Shown here piece after piece: positions 45,899 through 54,906 of a DNA stretch of 64,000 bases. The translations under genes were made by a program, and so were the position numbers. This stretch comes from an uncultured Parasphingorhabdus sp. (GTDB lineage: Bacteria > Pseudomonadota > Alphaproteobacteria > Sphingomonadales > Sphingomonadaceae), in the NCBI RefSeq assembly GCF_963975735.1, contig NZ_CAXBIA010000008.1, positions 26,525 through 90,524 on the forward strand. The letters run 5' to 3'. Position 1 is the stretch's first letter; each line of letters starts with the position of its first letter. Below the pieces are notes generated by a model. That model was not told the DNA's origin. It saw only the letters and a program-made list of their open reading frames with translations, and made no database searches.

Positions 45899-46309
45899 CT
45901 AGGCTTCACTCATCGCCAGAATGGCATCCCATTCGCCCTTGGTCACTGGCGCCACAGATAGTCTGAATTGGCGGATGATCGCCAGATCCTTGAGCTTCGG
46001 GTTCTGCTTCATCGCTTTCAGCGGCACCGGCTTGGCCAGTTTGCGCACCGGCTTCACCTTGACCACTACCCAGCGGTCGGGATCGGTGCTGACATCGGGG
46101 CTATGCTCTTCGCTCACCTCCATGATGCCGACCACTTCCAGCCCCTGACGCGAATGATAGAAAAACACCTGATCGCCCTTCTTCATCGCTTTCATATTGT
46201 TCGAGGCCTGCGCGTTTTTTACGCCATCCCACGTACCTTCACCCTCGGCAACCAGATGGTCCCAGCCATATTCATCCGGCTCCGATTTCATCAGCCAATA
46301 TTGCGACAT
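45899..46309 (-). CDS. EVE (PUA-like) domain protein
   Basis: MSQYWLMKSEPDEYGWDHL...WDGVKN.QA.NNMKAMKKGDQVFFYHS. Start set to ATG 46309 after AAGGAG. Confidence 0.85.
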   Translation of the reverse strand: MSQYWLMKSEPDEYGWDHLVAEGEGTWDGVKNAQASNNMKAMKKGDQVFFYHSRQGLEVVGIMEVSEEHSPDVSTDPDRWVVVKVKPVRKLAKPVPLKAMKQNPKLKDLAIIRQFRLSVAPVTKGEWDAILAMSEA

Positions 46310-46354
46310 GTTTTGCTCCTTCGGTGAGGATCGGATTGTAGCCGACAGCGCACA

Positions 46355-46386
46355 AACAAAAAAGGCCCCGCAATCCTGCGAGGCCT
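46355..46386 (-). terminator. rho-independent terminator after fasciclin gene 1
   Basis: The minus strand reads AGGCCTCGC-loop-GCGGGGCCT followed by TTTTTTGTTTGT. Confidence 0.6.
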
Positions 46387-46409
46387 TTCCTGTCATTCAA
46401 TATCCGAAC

Positions 46410-46979
46410 CTATTTTGGCATCAGGAGATTGTCGATGATGTGCAGCGTTCCGTTGGTCGATTTCACATCGGCCTCGGTTACCGTCGCTTTGTTACCGGCG
46501 CCATCTTCGAGGACGATCTTGTCGCCGTCCATCGATGCTTTGATCTTGGTGCCTTCCAGAGTAGTAATATCCGCGCTTCCGCCGCCATCTGTAATCGCCT
46601 TGGCGATGTCAGCAGCGGTCATGCTGCCTTCGACAAGATTATATTTGGTGATGCTGGCGAGTTCATCCTTATTATCGGAATGCATCAGCTTGCTCAGCCG
46701 TTCCGCATCCATCTTGTTATATACTTCGTTGGGCGCGGCAAATGCGGTGAAATTGGCATCGCCATCCAGATCGGCACCAACGCCGGACAGACCGATCAAT
46801 GTGCTTGCGGTGCTGAGGTCGGGATTGGCTTGCAGAACGGCAATCAGATTGGTCGGCTTATGTTCGTCGGCGAGACGCGTATCGAGGATTTCCTGTTCCT
46901 CTTTGCTCAATTCCGAAGAACATGCCGGCAGCATCGCCAACAGGGCAGATGCCAGAATAATTTTGGGGGCTTGAAACAT
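46410..46979 (-). CDS. fasciclin (FAS1) domain lipoprotein
   Basis: Lipobox LAMLPAC, FTAFAPNE, and a C-terminal NGTLHIIDNLLMP FAS1 motif. Confidence 0.88.
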   Translation of the reverse strand: MFQAPKIILASALLAMLPACSSELSKEEQEILDTRLADEHKPTNLIAVLQANPDLSTASTLIGLSGVGADLDGDANFTAFAAPNEVYNKMDAERLSKLMHSDNKDELASITKYNLVEGSMTAADIAKAITDGGGSADITTLEGTKIKASMDGDKIVLEDGAGNKATVTEADVKSTNGTLHIIDNLLMPK

Positions 46980-47094
46980 GAATTTCCTTTCTTGTAATCA
47001 CGCTGTTCCCCGCACCATGCGGGGAACAGCTGATGAAATTCGTAGGCGCGAACTACGCCGCCGGGCACAAGAAAGAAACCCTCAATATTCCTAA

Positions 47095-47123
47095 TAGAAA
47101 AGGCCCCGCCATTCGGCGAGACC
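47095..47123 (-). terminator. probable rho-independent terminator after fasciclin gene 2
   Basis: The minus strand reads GGTCTCGCC-GAAT-GGCGGGGCC followed by TTTTCTATT. The stem has 2 mismatches. Confidence 0.45.
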
Positions 47124-47156
47124 TTTTCCAGTCCATCCTAGTTCGGGGGATGAAAA

Positions 47157-47738
47157 CTATCCCGGCATGACGACCGTATCGATCGCGTGAATCACGCCGT
47201 TGGATGCTTCGACATCGGTCAGGATCACGGTTGATTTTCCGCCCGCTCCGTCTTCAAGGATCACCGACTCGCCATCCAGAGAGGCCTTCAGTTCTGCGCC
47301 CTGTACGGTGGTCAGCGTGGCTGTTCCGCCGCCATCGGTAATGGCCTTTACGACGTCTGCCGCGGTCAGTTTACCGGCGACCACATGATAGGTCAGAAGC
47401 GCGGTCAGGTCGGCCTTCTTTTCCGGCGTCAGCAGCGCATTCAACGTGTCCTGGTCGACCTTGGCAAAAGCATCGTTGGTCGGGGCAAAGACGGTAAAGG
47501 GTCCTTCGCCGCTCAATGTCGCGCCAAGATCGGCAGCGGTCACAGCCGCAACGAGGGTCGAGAAATCGTCATTGCCGACGGCAACATCGACGATCGTACC
47601 CGGTTCGGCGGTCGCCGCAGAATCCATCATCGCATCGGCGGAGCTTTCATCAACCGCAGCCTTCGGTGCTTCGGTCGAGCAGGCCGCCAGAGCGACAACA
47701 ACAGTGGTGGTCAGAAACATTTTGGGGGAAATACGCAT
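47157..47738 (-). CDS. fasciclin (FAS1) domain lipoprotein
   Basis: Lipobox VALAAC, FTVFAPTNDAF, LLTYHVVAGK and NGVIHAIDTVVMP. Paralogue of 46410-46979. Confidence 0.9.
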   Translation of the reverse strand: MRISPKMFLTTTVVVALAACSTEAPKAAVDESSADAMMDSAATAEPGTIVDVAVGNDDFSTLVAAVTAADLGATLSGEGPFTVFAPTNDAFAKVDQDTLNALLTPEKKADLTALLTYHVVAGKLTAADVVKAITDGGGTATLTTVQGAELKASLDGESVILEDGAGGKSTVILTDVEASNGVIHAIDTVVMPG

Positions 47739-47862
47739 GATAAGCCTTTCAAAATTACATGTTCATCTATCCCGGTCACAAGAACGGCCGGTGTTCGAAT
47801 ATGCAAGATATGGGCTAGATCAGGACCGGTTCAAACCTGTCCTTTCAGGCGTATCAAGCGTC

Positions 47863-48630
47863 TCAGTCCTTGCCGAGATGGACAAAATCGCGGTCAAAGC
47901 TCCTCAGACTGGCGCCGCCATCAACGTAGACAATCTGCCCGGTGACGGCTTTGGCGCCGGCCAGATAGAGCACGCCATCGGCGATATCATCGAGATCGGG
48001 CAGCCGGTCGAGCGGCATCATTGCGGTGATATTGGCCAGCTGGTCTTCGCCATATTCCCCCGCTGTCAGTGTCAGTCCGGGAGCCAACCCGTTGACGCGA
48101 AGCTTGTCAGCACAGGCGACCGCCAGCGAACGCACCGAAGCGGCCAAAGCCTGTTTGGAAAGCGTGTAGCTCAACTGATCCCGGTTGGGGTTGCGGATGC
48201 GCTGGTCGAGAATATGGATGACACAGGCCCGGTCGCTGCCTGCGGGCCGGCGATGGTGGAGCGCGGTCGTCAACAATATCGGTACAAGGCTGTTGACCCG
48301 GAAATGTTCTTGCAGATCTTTTTCGCCAATGGCTTCGGCGTCATCCTGACCGAAAATCGAAGCGCTGTTGACGACAAGGTCGGGCGTCCGCCCGAAATGG
48401 CCGACGATCTCGTCCATCAGGGATTCTGCGGCACCGTCATCGAGAAAATCCTGCTGGAAACCGGACCATTTACAGTCCGTTTCCACGAGTTTCTTTGCCA
48501 GCGCGTCTTCGGGGGTGACATCACTATTGCCGTGCAACGCCAGTGCATAGCCGGCCTCGGCCAGTCGCGCGGCAATCGCCGCACCAACCCGCTTCACGCC
48601 GCCGGTGACCAGCGCTAGCGGTCTGGTCAT
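47863..48630 (-). CDS. SDR family oxidoreductase (pteridine-reductase-like by context)
   Basis: ALVTGGVKRVGAAIA (TGxxxxxG) and YTLSKQAL (YxxxK). 4-nt overlap with folB upstream. Confidence 0.8.
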   Translation of the reverse strand: MTRPLALVTGGVKRVGAAIAARLAEAGYALALHGNSDVTPEDALAKKLVETDCKWSGFQQDFLDDGAAESLMDEIVGHFGRTPDLVVNSASIFGQDDAEAIGEKDLQEHFRVNSLVPILLTTALHHRRPAGSDRACVIHILDQRIRNPNRDQLSYTLSKQALAASVRSLAVACADKLRVNGLAPGLTLTAGEYGEDQLANITAMMPLDRLPDLDDIADGVLYLAGAKAVTGQIVYVDGGASLRSFDRDFVHLGKD

Positions 48631-48998
48631 TTCCGGCTCCGGCTAAGCGTAATGCCGATCTGCTCTCCCTTTTCGGAGATCAGCAGTTTGACGATCTTGA
48701 CAGTGACCCGGAGAATGTTCTTGTCCTGCAGAAACAGCGTCTCGACGATATGATCCGCAACGGCCTCGATCAGCTTGAAATGCACGCCTTCGGGCAGCGC
48801 CTCGGTCGCGGCATGTTTGAGATCCATGTAATTTTTGGACTGCTCGAGCGGGGTGTCCGCTTCATAGCGTTCCTGTATCTTCAGCTCTGCCGCGATCGAG
48901 ATGCGCAGCGGCTGCGGCAAATGGGTTTCTTCGGAATAGATCCCGGTCAGCACGTCAACGTCGAGATCGTTGACTTCCAATAGCAATGTGTCTGTCAT
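48627..48998 (-). CDS. folB: dihydroneopterin aldolase family protein
   Basis: 123 aa. VDVLTGIYSEE...PQPLRISI.....DYMDL...IEAVADHI pattern of FolB-like tunnelling-fold proteins. Confidence 0.6.
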   Translation of the reverse strand: MTDTLLLEVNDLDVDVLTGIYSEETHLPQPLRISIAAELKIQERYEADTPLEQSKNYMDLKHAATEALPEGVHFKLIEAVADHIVETLFLQDKNILRVTVKIVKLLISEKGEQIGITLSRSRK

Positions 48999-49034
48999 AG
49001 ATAATCTCTGATCTTGTTCCGGTTAAATGGCAAG

Positions 49035-49919
49035 TCAGGCGGACCAGCGCGCGAATATCGCGGTCGGCAAAAGCAGGCCCCGCGCCTCTTCGCGAACCGC
49101 CAGTTCACCGACCTCGACGGTCCCGCCGAGATGGGCCAGTTTTTCGTTGAGCAGCGAGCCAAGCGCCAGCGCCGACATGCGCACGGCATAGACGGTCAGA
49201 AACATACAGCGACTGTCGCCATCGAGCAGCTTTCCGCAATCCTCGACCAGCCCGGCCAGATGTTCTTCGAGCCGCCAGATTTCGCCATCGGGGCCGCGAC
49301 CATATTTCGGAGGATCCATCAGGATCGCGTCATAACGCCGTTCCCGCCTGACTTCGCGGGCGGCAAATTTGGCGGCATCATCAATGATCCAGCGGATCGG
49401 ACGATCGGTCATTCCCGACAGGGCAGCATTGTCGCGCGCTGCGGTCACCGATTTCTTCGATGCATCGACATGCACCAGATTGGCGCCGGCTGCCGATAGC
49501 GCCAGCGTGCCGACACCGGTATAGCCGAAGAGATTCATCATCTGCGGCGATTCGAGCGTCTGCAAATTGCCGCGGAACCAGCGCCAGACCGGATCCATAT
49601 CGGGAAAATAGGCGAGATGCCGGAACGGCGTGCACTGGGCGGTAAAGCTGACTTCCTCCCACTCCATCTGCCACCCCTCTTCCGGAACATTGGCGTTCAG
49701 ATGCCAGCGGCCCCCGCCATCCTCGTCGGACGCAGGAATAAATTCGCCATCGGCCTGCCAGTCATCGTTGGCCGGCTCCCACATCGCCTGCGGTTCCGGG
49801 CGGATGAAATGATATTTCCCGTAACGCTCCAGCTTGCGACCGTGGCCGGAATCGACCAGCGCATAGTCGCTGCGCGGGTCGCTGATCATCAAGATCGGGG
49901 TGGAACTGGATTCAGCCAT
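49035..49919 (-). CDS. class I SAM-dependent methyltransferase (RlmI/RlmK-like catalytic domain)
   Basis: MMNLFGYTGVGTLALSAAGANLVHVDASKKSV ... YDAILMDPPKYGRGP (DPP motif). Confidence 0.7.
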   Translation of the reverse strand: MAESSSTPILMISDPRSDYALVDSGHGRKLERYGKYHFIRPEPQAMWEPANDDWQADGEFIPASDEDGGGRWHLNANVPEEGWQMEWEEVSFTAQCTPFRHLAYFPDMDPVWRWFRGNLQTLESPQMMNLFGYTGVGTLALSAAGANLVHVDASKKSVTAARDNAALSGMTDRPIRWIIDDAAKFAAREVRRERRYDAILMDPPKYGRGPDGEIWRLEEHLAGLVEDCGKLLDGDSRCMFLTVYAVRMSALALGSLLNEKLAHLGGTVEVGELAVREEARGLLLPTAIFARWSA

Positions 49920-51315
49920 CGGTCGGCGTGGCGTTGGACATGACGAATTGTTTCACCGCATCATATGTGCCGGGGAGCTTGGTATATTTCTCCTCACGGT
50001 CGAACAGATCACCGACGCGGCGCGGCAAGGCCGGGCGGATGCCCGTGGCTCGCTCTACTGCATCGCGGAACTTCGCCGGATGGGCGGTCGCCAGCGTTAC
50101 CACGGGCACCGATGGATCGAGATCGACATGTTGCGCCGCCGACAGGCCGATGGCGCTGTGCGGATCGATCACATGACCGGCACTGTCCTGCGCCCAGCGC
50201 ATTGCCAGCGACATGTCATCCGGATCGACACGGTGGCTGGTGAAAATAGACGCTGCTTTTTCCCGCATGGCGGGTTCCAGCTGCATATTGTGGCTCTGCT
50301 CAAAGGCCGCCATGCGGGCCGCCGTCTTGCCCCCGTCACGGCCTTCCAGATCGAACAACAGTCGCTCGAAATTGCTGCTGACCTGAATATCCATCGAAGG
50401 GGCCGCTGTCGGAGTCACGGTGCCGGTGGAATAGTCGCCGGCGCTGAGCGCGCGGTGGAGAATATCATTAACGTTGGTCGCCACGATCAGCCGCTCGATC
50501 GGCAGTCCCATTTGCGACGCGACATAGCCGGCAAAGACATCCCCGAAATTGCCCGTCGGCACCGAGAAAGCGATCTTGCGATGCGGTGCGCCCAATTGGC
50601 TGGCGGCGTAAAAATAATAGACAACCTGCGCCATCAGCCGCGCCCAGTTGATCGAGTTGACCGCCGAGATCGAAAAGCGGTTGGTCACTTCCTGGTCGGC
50701 GAACATCCGCTTGACCATCGCCTGGGCATCATCGAAACTGCCGTCGATCGCGATATTATAGACATTCGGTGCAAGGACCGTGGTCATCTGCCGACGCTGG
50801 ACATCGGATATCCGCCCATCGGGATGGATCATGAAGATATCGACCTTGTCGCGGCCAGCCAGCGCATCGATCGCGGCCGAACCGGTATCTCCGGAAGTGG
50901 CACCCACGACCGTCAGATGTTTGTCCTGCCGGGCAAGAAATTTCTCGAACAACAGCCCGAGCAATTGCAGCGCTACGTCCTTGAACGCCAGTGTCGGACC
51001 GTGGAACAGTTCGAGCAGCCATTGCCGCCCGTCGAGCTGAACCAGCGGTGTCACCGCCGCGTGGGAGAAGCGGCCATAGGCCTGTTCGCAAATATCGCGC
51101 AGCTCCGCTTCGTCGAGCGCATCGCCGACGAAGGGCAGCATCACCCGAACCGCGGTTTCGACATAGGAAAGACCCGCCATCGCGGCGATCTCGTCAGCGC
51201 TGAACGAGGGCCAGGATTCCGGTATATAGAGTCCGCCGTCACCAGCCAGTCCGGCCAGGGTTACTTGTTCGAAATTCAATGGCGACGCGGCGCCTCTGGT
51301 AGAGATATAATCCAT
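49912..51315 (-). CDS. thrC: threonine synthase
   Basis: MDYISTRG...LAGDGGLYIP, FHGPTLAFKDVALQ (PLP Lys) and ATSGDTGSAA. Confidence 0.95.
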   Translation of the reverse strand: MDYISTRGAASPLNFEQVTLAGLAGDGGLYIPESWPSFSADEIAAMAGLSYVETAVRVMLPFVGDALDEAELRDICEQAYGRFSHAAVTPLVQLDGRQWLLELFHGPTLAFKDVALQLLGLLFEKFLARQDKHLTVVGATSGDTGSAAIDALAGRDKVDIFMIHPDGRISDVQRRQMTTVLAPNVYNIAIDGSFDDAQAMVKRMFADQEVTNRFSISAVNSINWARLMAQVVYYFYAASQLGAPHRKIAFSVPTGNFGDVFAGYVASQMGLPIERLIVATNVNDILHRALSAGDYSTGTVTPTAAPSMDIQVSSNFERLLFDLEGRDGGKTAARMAAFEQSHNMQLEPAMREKAASIFTSHRVDPDDMSLAMRWAQDSAGHVIDPHSAIGLSAAQHVDLDPSVPVVTLATAHPAKFRDAVERATGIRPALPRRVGDLFDREEKYTKLPGTYDAVKQFVMSNATPTDG

Positions 51316-51327
51316 GGTGCGAGCGGG

Positions 51328-51933
51328 TTAGGACAAGTTGCCGGATTGGGCAACGCTCTTGTTGCGACCGCGCAGCGCGAGCAGAAAGATGATCAGCGCG
51401 ATGCCGGCAAAGAGGAACCACTGGACCGCATAAGACAGGTGGTTGTTCGGAACATCTTCCAGCGCCGGCGGCTGGCTTTTCTGCAATCCGGCCACCGGTT
51501 CGCTGGCCACCAGACGGATGATATACTGGCTGTCCGGCGCGATAATCCCGTTGACGATGCCGCCCTGCCAGTCCGGATCATCCGGGCGACTGGACCAGCC
51601 GGCAACGACTTGCGCGCCCGGGCCTTCGGCACCGGCGGTGCGGCACTGGGCAATATGGGCCCAGCCGGATTGGCCGGATGCATTGCGACCGCTGGTCGAG
51701 CGCCAGCCGGTGACGGCGAGACAATTGACGGTGGATTTGCGGAAATAGGGTGCGTCCTCGGCGCTGGGCACGGCGGGATAGGCAATCGCCGGCATATCCG
51801 ATGCTGCGGCATAGGTCGCCAGCAGGTCATTCTTCCATTGCGCCCGCTGTAACTGCCAGATGCCAAGACCGGCCATGGTTACCACAGCGATCAGGACAAG
51901 GATCGTCCCCAATATCGGCAGACGCTTGGTCAT
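51328..51933 (-). CDS. SURF1 family cytochrome oxidase biogenesis protein
   Basis: LGIWQLQRAQWKNDLLA at the N-terminus and NNHLSYAVQWFLFAGIALIIF at the C-terminus. Confidence 0.88.
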   Translation of the reverse strand: MTKRLPILGTILVLIAVVTMAGLGIWQLQRAQWKNDLLATYAAASDMPAIAYPAVPSAEDAPYFRKSTVNCLAVTGWRSTSGRNASGQSGWAHIAQCRTAGAEGPGAQVVAGWSSRPDDPDWQGGIVNGIIAPDSQYIIRLVASEPVAGLQKSQPPALEDVPNNHLSYAVQWFLFAGIALIIFLLALRGRNKSVAQSGNLS

Positions 51934-52322
51934 TCGCCGTCGCGTTTGTCGATACTGCCTTCGCGGGCCTGGTTACGATGTTCCAGTATCAGCAATATCC
52001 CTTTTGATACCCTGAGCGCACCGACGACCGCGCCGACGGTCAGCGGCACCCAGAGCAACAGATGGATCCAGAAGGGGGGATGGAAATTGGCCTCGACGGC
52101 CAAAGCCAGACCGAGGATGATCGCGCCGACAATCAATGTCAGAAAAGCCGCCGGACCATCGCCGACATTATACTGGCTGAAGTCCAGCCCGCAGCTCCGG
52201 CATTTGTTGGAGAATTTTATCGCATTGGCAAAGAGCGTCTTCTGCCCGCAACGGGGGCAGAGACCAAAAAGGGCAGCAGGAAGAACATCCGGCTGCCCTT
52301 TTAGATTTTGGTTTTCGGTCAA
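51930..52322 (-). CDS. DUF983 domain protein
   Basis: CPRCGQKTLF....F...C.SCGLDF....VGDGPAAF plus 2 TM helices. Typical position between ctaE and SURF1. Confidence 0.8.
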   Translation of the reverse strand: MTENQNLKGQPDVLPAALFGLCPRCGQKTLFANAIKFSNKCRSCGLDFSQYNVGDGPAAFLTLIVGAIILGLALAVEANFHPPFWIHLLLWVPLTVGAVVGALRVSKGILLILEHRNQAREGSIDKRDGE

Positions 52323-52331
52323 CGCGCTGGC

Positions 52332-53192
52332 CTAGTGAACCGGTGCGCCCCAGCCGCCCCAGACGTAGACGACGATGAACAGGAACAACCATACGACATC
52401 GACGAAATGCCAATACCAGGCCGCTGCTTCAAAGCCGAAATGCTGTTGCGGGGTGAAGTGGCCCTTGTACACCCGCGCCAGACAGACGATCAGGAAGATC
52501 GTGCCGACGAGAACGTGGAAGCCGTGGAACCCGGTCGCCATGTAGAAAGCCGAGCTATAGTTGAGACCTGCAAACGGGAATGGCGCAACGCTATATTCAT
52601 AAGCCTGAATGGCCGAGAACAAGACACCCAGAATGATCGTCAGCCACAGGCCGGTCTTCAAACCTTTCCGGTCGCCATGGATCAGCGAATGGTGCGCCCA
52701 GGTGACGGTGGTACCGGAGCACAACAGGATCATCGTGTTGAGCAGCGGCAGTTCAAAGGCGTTGAGCACTTCGATGCCCTTTGGCGGCCATTGCAGCAGC
52801 GCGGCTGCGCCGTCCTGACCGATATAATTGGTGACAATGCCGTCAACCATTTCAAGCGGCTGAGGGAAAAGTGCGAAATCAAACCATGCCCAGAACCAGC
52901 CGACGAAGAACATGACTTCCGAGGCAATGAACAGGATCATGCCGTAGCGCAGGTGAAGCTGAACCACCGGTGTGTGGTCGCCCGCATGGGCTTCCTTGAT
53001 CACATTGGACCACCAGGCGAAGAAGGTCAGTCCGACGGCAGCAAAGCCGACGTAGAAAACAAGCGCGCCGAATGCCATGTCGTGCATCCAGCGAATGCCG
53101 CCGATTGCCATGACAAACGCGGAAAACGATCCAACCAGCGGCCAGATGTCTGGCGGCAATATGTGATAATCATGATTTTTGGCACCGGCCAT
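52332..53192 (-). CDS. ctaE: cytochrome c oxidase subunit III
   Basis: 286 aa. HDYHILPPDIWP, GFHGFHVLVGT and AAAWYWHFVDVVWLFLF. Confidence 0.95.
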   Translation of the reverse strand: MAGAKNHDYHILPPDIWPLVGSFSAFVMAIGGIRWMHDMAFGALVFYVGFAAVGLTFFAWWSNVIKEAHAGDHTPVVQLHLRYGMILFIASEVMFFVGWFWAWFDFALFPQPLEMVDGIVTNYIGQDGAAALLQWPPKGIEVLNAFELPLLNTMILLCSGTTVTWAHHSLIHGDRKGLKTGLWLTIILGVLFSAIQAYEYSVAPFPFAGLNYSSAFYMATGFHGFHVLVGTIFLIVCLARVYKGHFTPQQHFGFEAAAWYWHFVDVVWLFLFIVVYVWGGWGAPVH

Positions 53193-53223
53193 ATTATTTC
53201 CCTAACCTTGACTTGAATTTCTC

Positions 53224-53811
53224 TTAGCTATCGCCGGTAGCGGCGTCTACTGCCTGCTCGTCCGTCGAACGATAAAAAGTATAGCTGAGCGTGATTTCCT
53301 TGATATCTTTTGTTTCCGGATCATCCAGAATCGCCGGATCGACATAATAAAGCACCGGCATCCGCATCGTCTGGCCCGGTTTCAGCAATTGCTCGCTGAA
53401 GCAGAAGCACTGGACCTTGTTGAAATATTGACCGGCCAGCAGCGGCGTCACGTTGAAGGTCGCGGTACCGACGACCGGCTGGTCGCTATTATTGGTCGCT
53501 ATAAAAATCGCCATGTCGCGGGCACCGACGGTGACATGGTCAACCGCCTGCTCCGGCTTGAACGACCAGGGCAGCGCGGAATTGACGTTGGAATCGAAAC
53601 GGACCGACATCACCCGATTGGTCGCCTGAACCGTTGCGGCCTGCGCTTCGCCAACCCGCTGGGTGGTACCGGCATAGCCGGTCACGCGGCAGAACACCTC
53701 GTAGAGCGGCACGGCAGCGAAGCCGAGGCCGAGCATACCGAGACCCATTGCACCGGCCATCATGGCGCTGCGACGGTTCCTGCCGGAAAGGGAGGTTTTA
53801 ACGGTCGTCAT
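53224..53811 (-). CDS. ctaG: cytochrome c oxidase assembly protein CtaG/Cox11
   Basis: PLYEVFCRVTGYAGTTQR and VQCFCFSEQ (copper-binding CFCF). Confidence 0.93.
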   Translation of the reverse strand: MTTVKTSLSGRNRRSAMMAGAMGLGMLGLGFAAVPLYEVFCRVTGYAGTTQRVGEAQAATVQATNRVMSVRFDSNVNSALPWSFKPEQAVDHVTVGARDMAIFIATNNSDQPVVGTATFNVTPLLAGQYFNKVQCFCFSEQLLKPGQTMRMPVLYYVDPAILDDPETKDIKEITLSYTFYRSTDEQAVDAATGDS

Positions 53812-53972
53812 CAGGCGCCGCCGCTGATTTTAACGATGGTGATAAAATAGAATAATATGACCAGGAAGAACAGCAGCCCAGCCAGAATGACCGCCCGGTG
53901 CTTCTGCCGTGCCTGATAAATTTTCTGCTCTTCAGGGCTCATCGGAGCTTTGCTATTATCAATCTCGCTCAT
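53811..53972 (-). CDS. small membrane protein of the cta operon (not in ORF track, 53 aa)
   Basis: [53 protein letters not shown]. Its ATG overlaps the ctaB TGA (ATGA), and its TGA shares one nt with the ctaG ATG. Confidence 0.6.
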   Translation of the reverse strand: MSEIDNSKAPMSPEEQKIYQARQKHRAVILAGLLFFLVILFYFITIVKISGGA

Positions 53973-54874
53973 GCGAATATCATCCGGTCAGCTACAAGCG
54001 CTGCGAACAGCGCGAACAGGTAAAGAATCGAAAATTTGAACAGGCGCTTTTCCGCTGCCATTTCATCCGGCCTGGTCGTCTTGCTGCGGGCGACCTGCAG
54101 GGACAGCACGCTAAATACCAGGCTCAGCACGATCGCCGCGACACCATAGACCGAACCGGCCAGCCCGAGGGCGAAAGGCGCAATCGCGACCGCGGCCAGT
54201 ATCAGGCTATAGCCGAAAATCTGGTTGCGGGTCGACCGCTGACCGGCGACCACCGGCATCATCGGTACGCCGGCTTTGGAATAATCGCTGTTCATGAACA
54301 GCGCGAGCGCCCAGAAATGCGGCGGCGTCCAGAAGAAAATAATTGCAAATAGCAGAAACGGCATCACCGTCATATCGCCGGTCACCGCAGCCCAGCCGAT
54401 CGCTGGCGGGAATGCACCGGCAGCGCCGCCGATCACGATATTTTGCGGTGTGCTGCGCTTCAGCCAGATGGTGTAGACGACAGCGTAGAAGAAGATCGAG
54501 AAGGCGAGAAATATCGCGCTGAACCAGTTGACCGCGACTCCCATCAGCAGAACCGAGAAGACCGACAGTCCGATGCCGAAATGCAGCGCCGTTTCCCGGT
54601 CCATCCGGCCAGCGGGCAGCGGACGCTGGCTGGTCCGTTTCATGATCGCGTCGATATCGGATTCATACCACTGGTTGAGCGCGGCCGAAGCCCCTGCTCC
54701 CAGGCTGATCGCGAGGATCGCGGTAAAGCCGATCACCGGGTGGATCGATCCCGGTGCCGCCAGCAAACCGCAAAGCGCCGTAAAAATGACCAGAGACATC
54801 ACGCGCGGCTTGGTCAGCGCAAAGAGATCCTTTGCGCTGGCCAGGCCTTGTATCGTGTGTGACGCGGTGGTCAT
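53969..54874 (-). CDS. ctaB: protoheme IX farnesyltransferase (heme O synthase)
   Basis: [33 protein letters not shown] (UbiA-type motif) and [11 protein letters not shown]. Confidence 0.95.
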   Translation of the reverse strand: MTTASHTIQGLASAKDLFALTKPRVMSLVIFTALCGLLAAPGSIHPVIGFTAILAISLGAGASAALNQWYESDIDAIMKRTSQRPLPAGRMDRETALHFGIGLSVFSVLLMGVAVNWFSAIFLAFSIFFYAVVYTIWLKRSTPQNIVIGGAAGAFPPAIGWAAVTGDMTVMPFLLFAIIFFWTPPHFWALALFMNSDYSKAGVPMMPVVAGQRSTRNQIFGYSLILAAVAIAPFALGLAGSVYGVAAIVLSLVFSVLSLQVARSKTTRPDEMAAEKRLFKFSILYLFALFAALVADRMIFA

Positions 54875-54906
54875 TTCTTGTTCCCAGCTTTCGCCTCGCC
54901 CTCAGA

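Noticed and set aside
49900-51852. 650-aa plus-strand ORF
   Set aside because: It is antisense to thrC and SURF1, which carry diagnostic motifs. Its composition (R/G/H/D-rich) is typical of a non-coding reverse frame.
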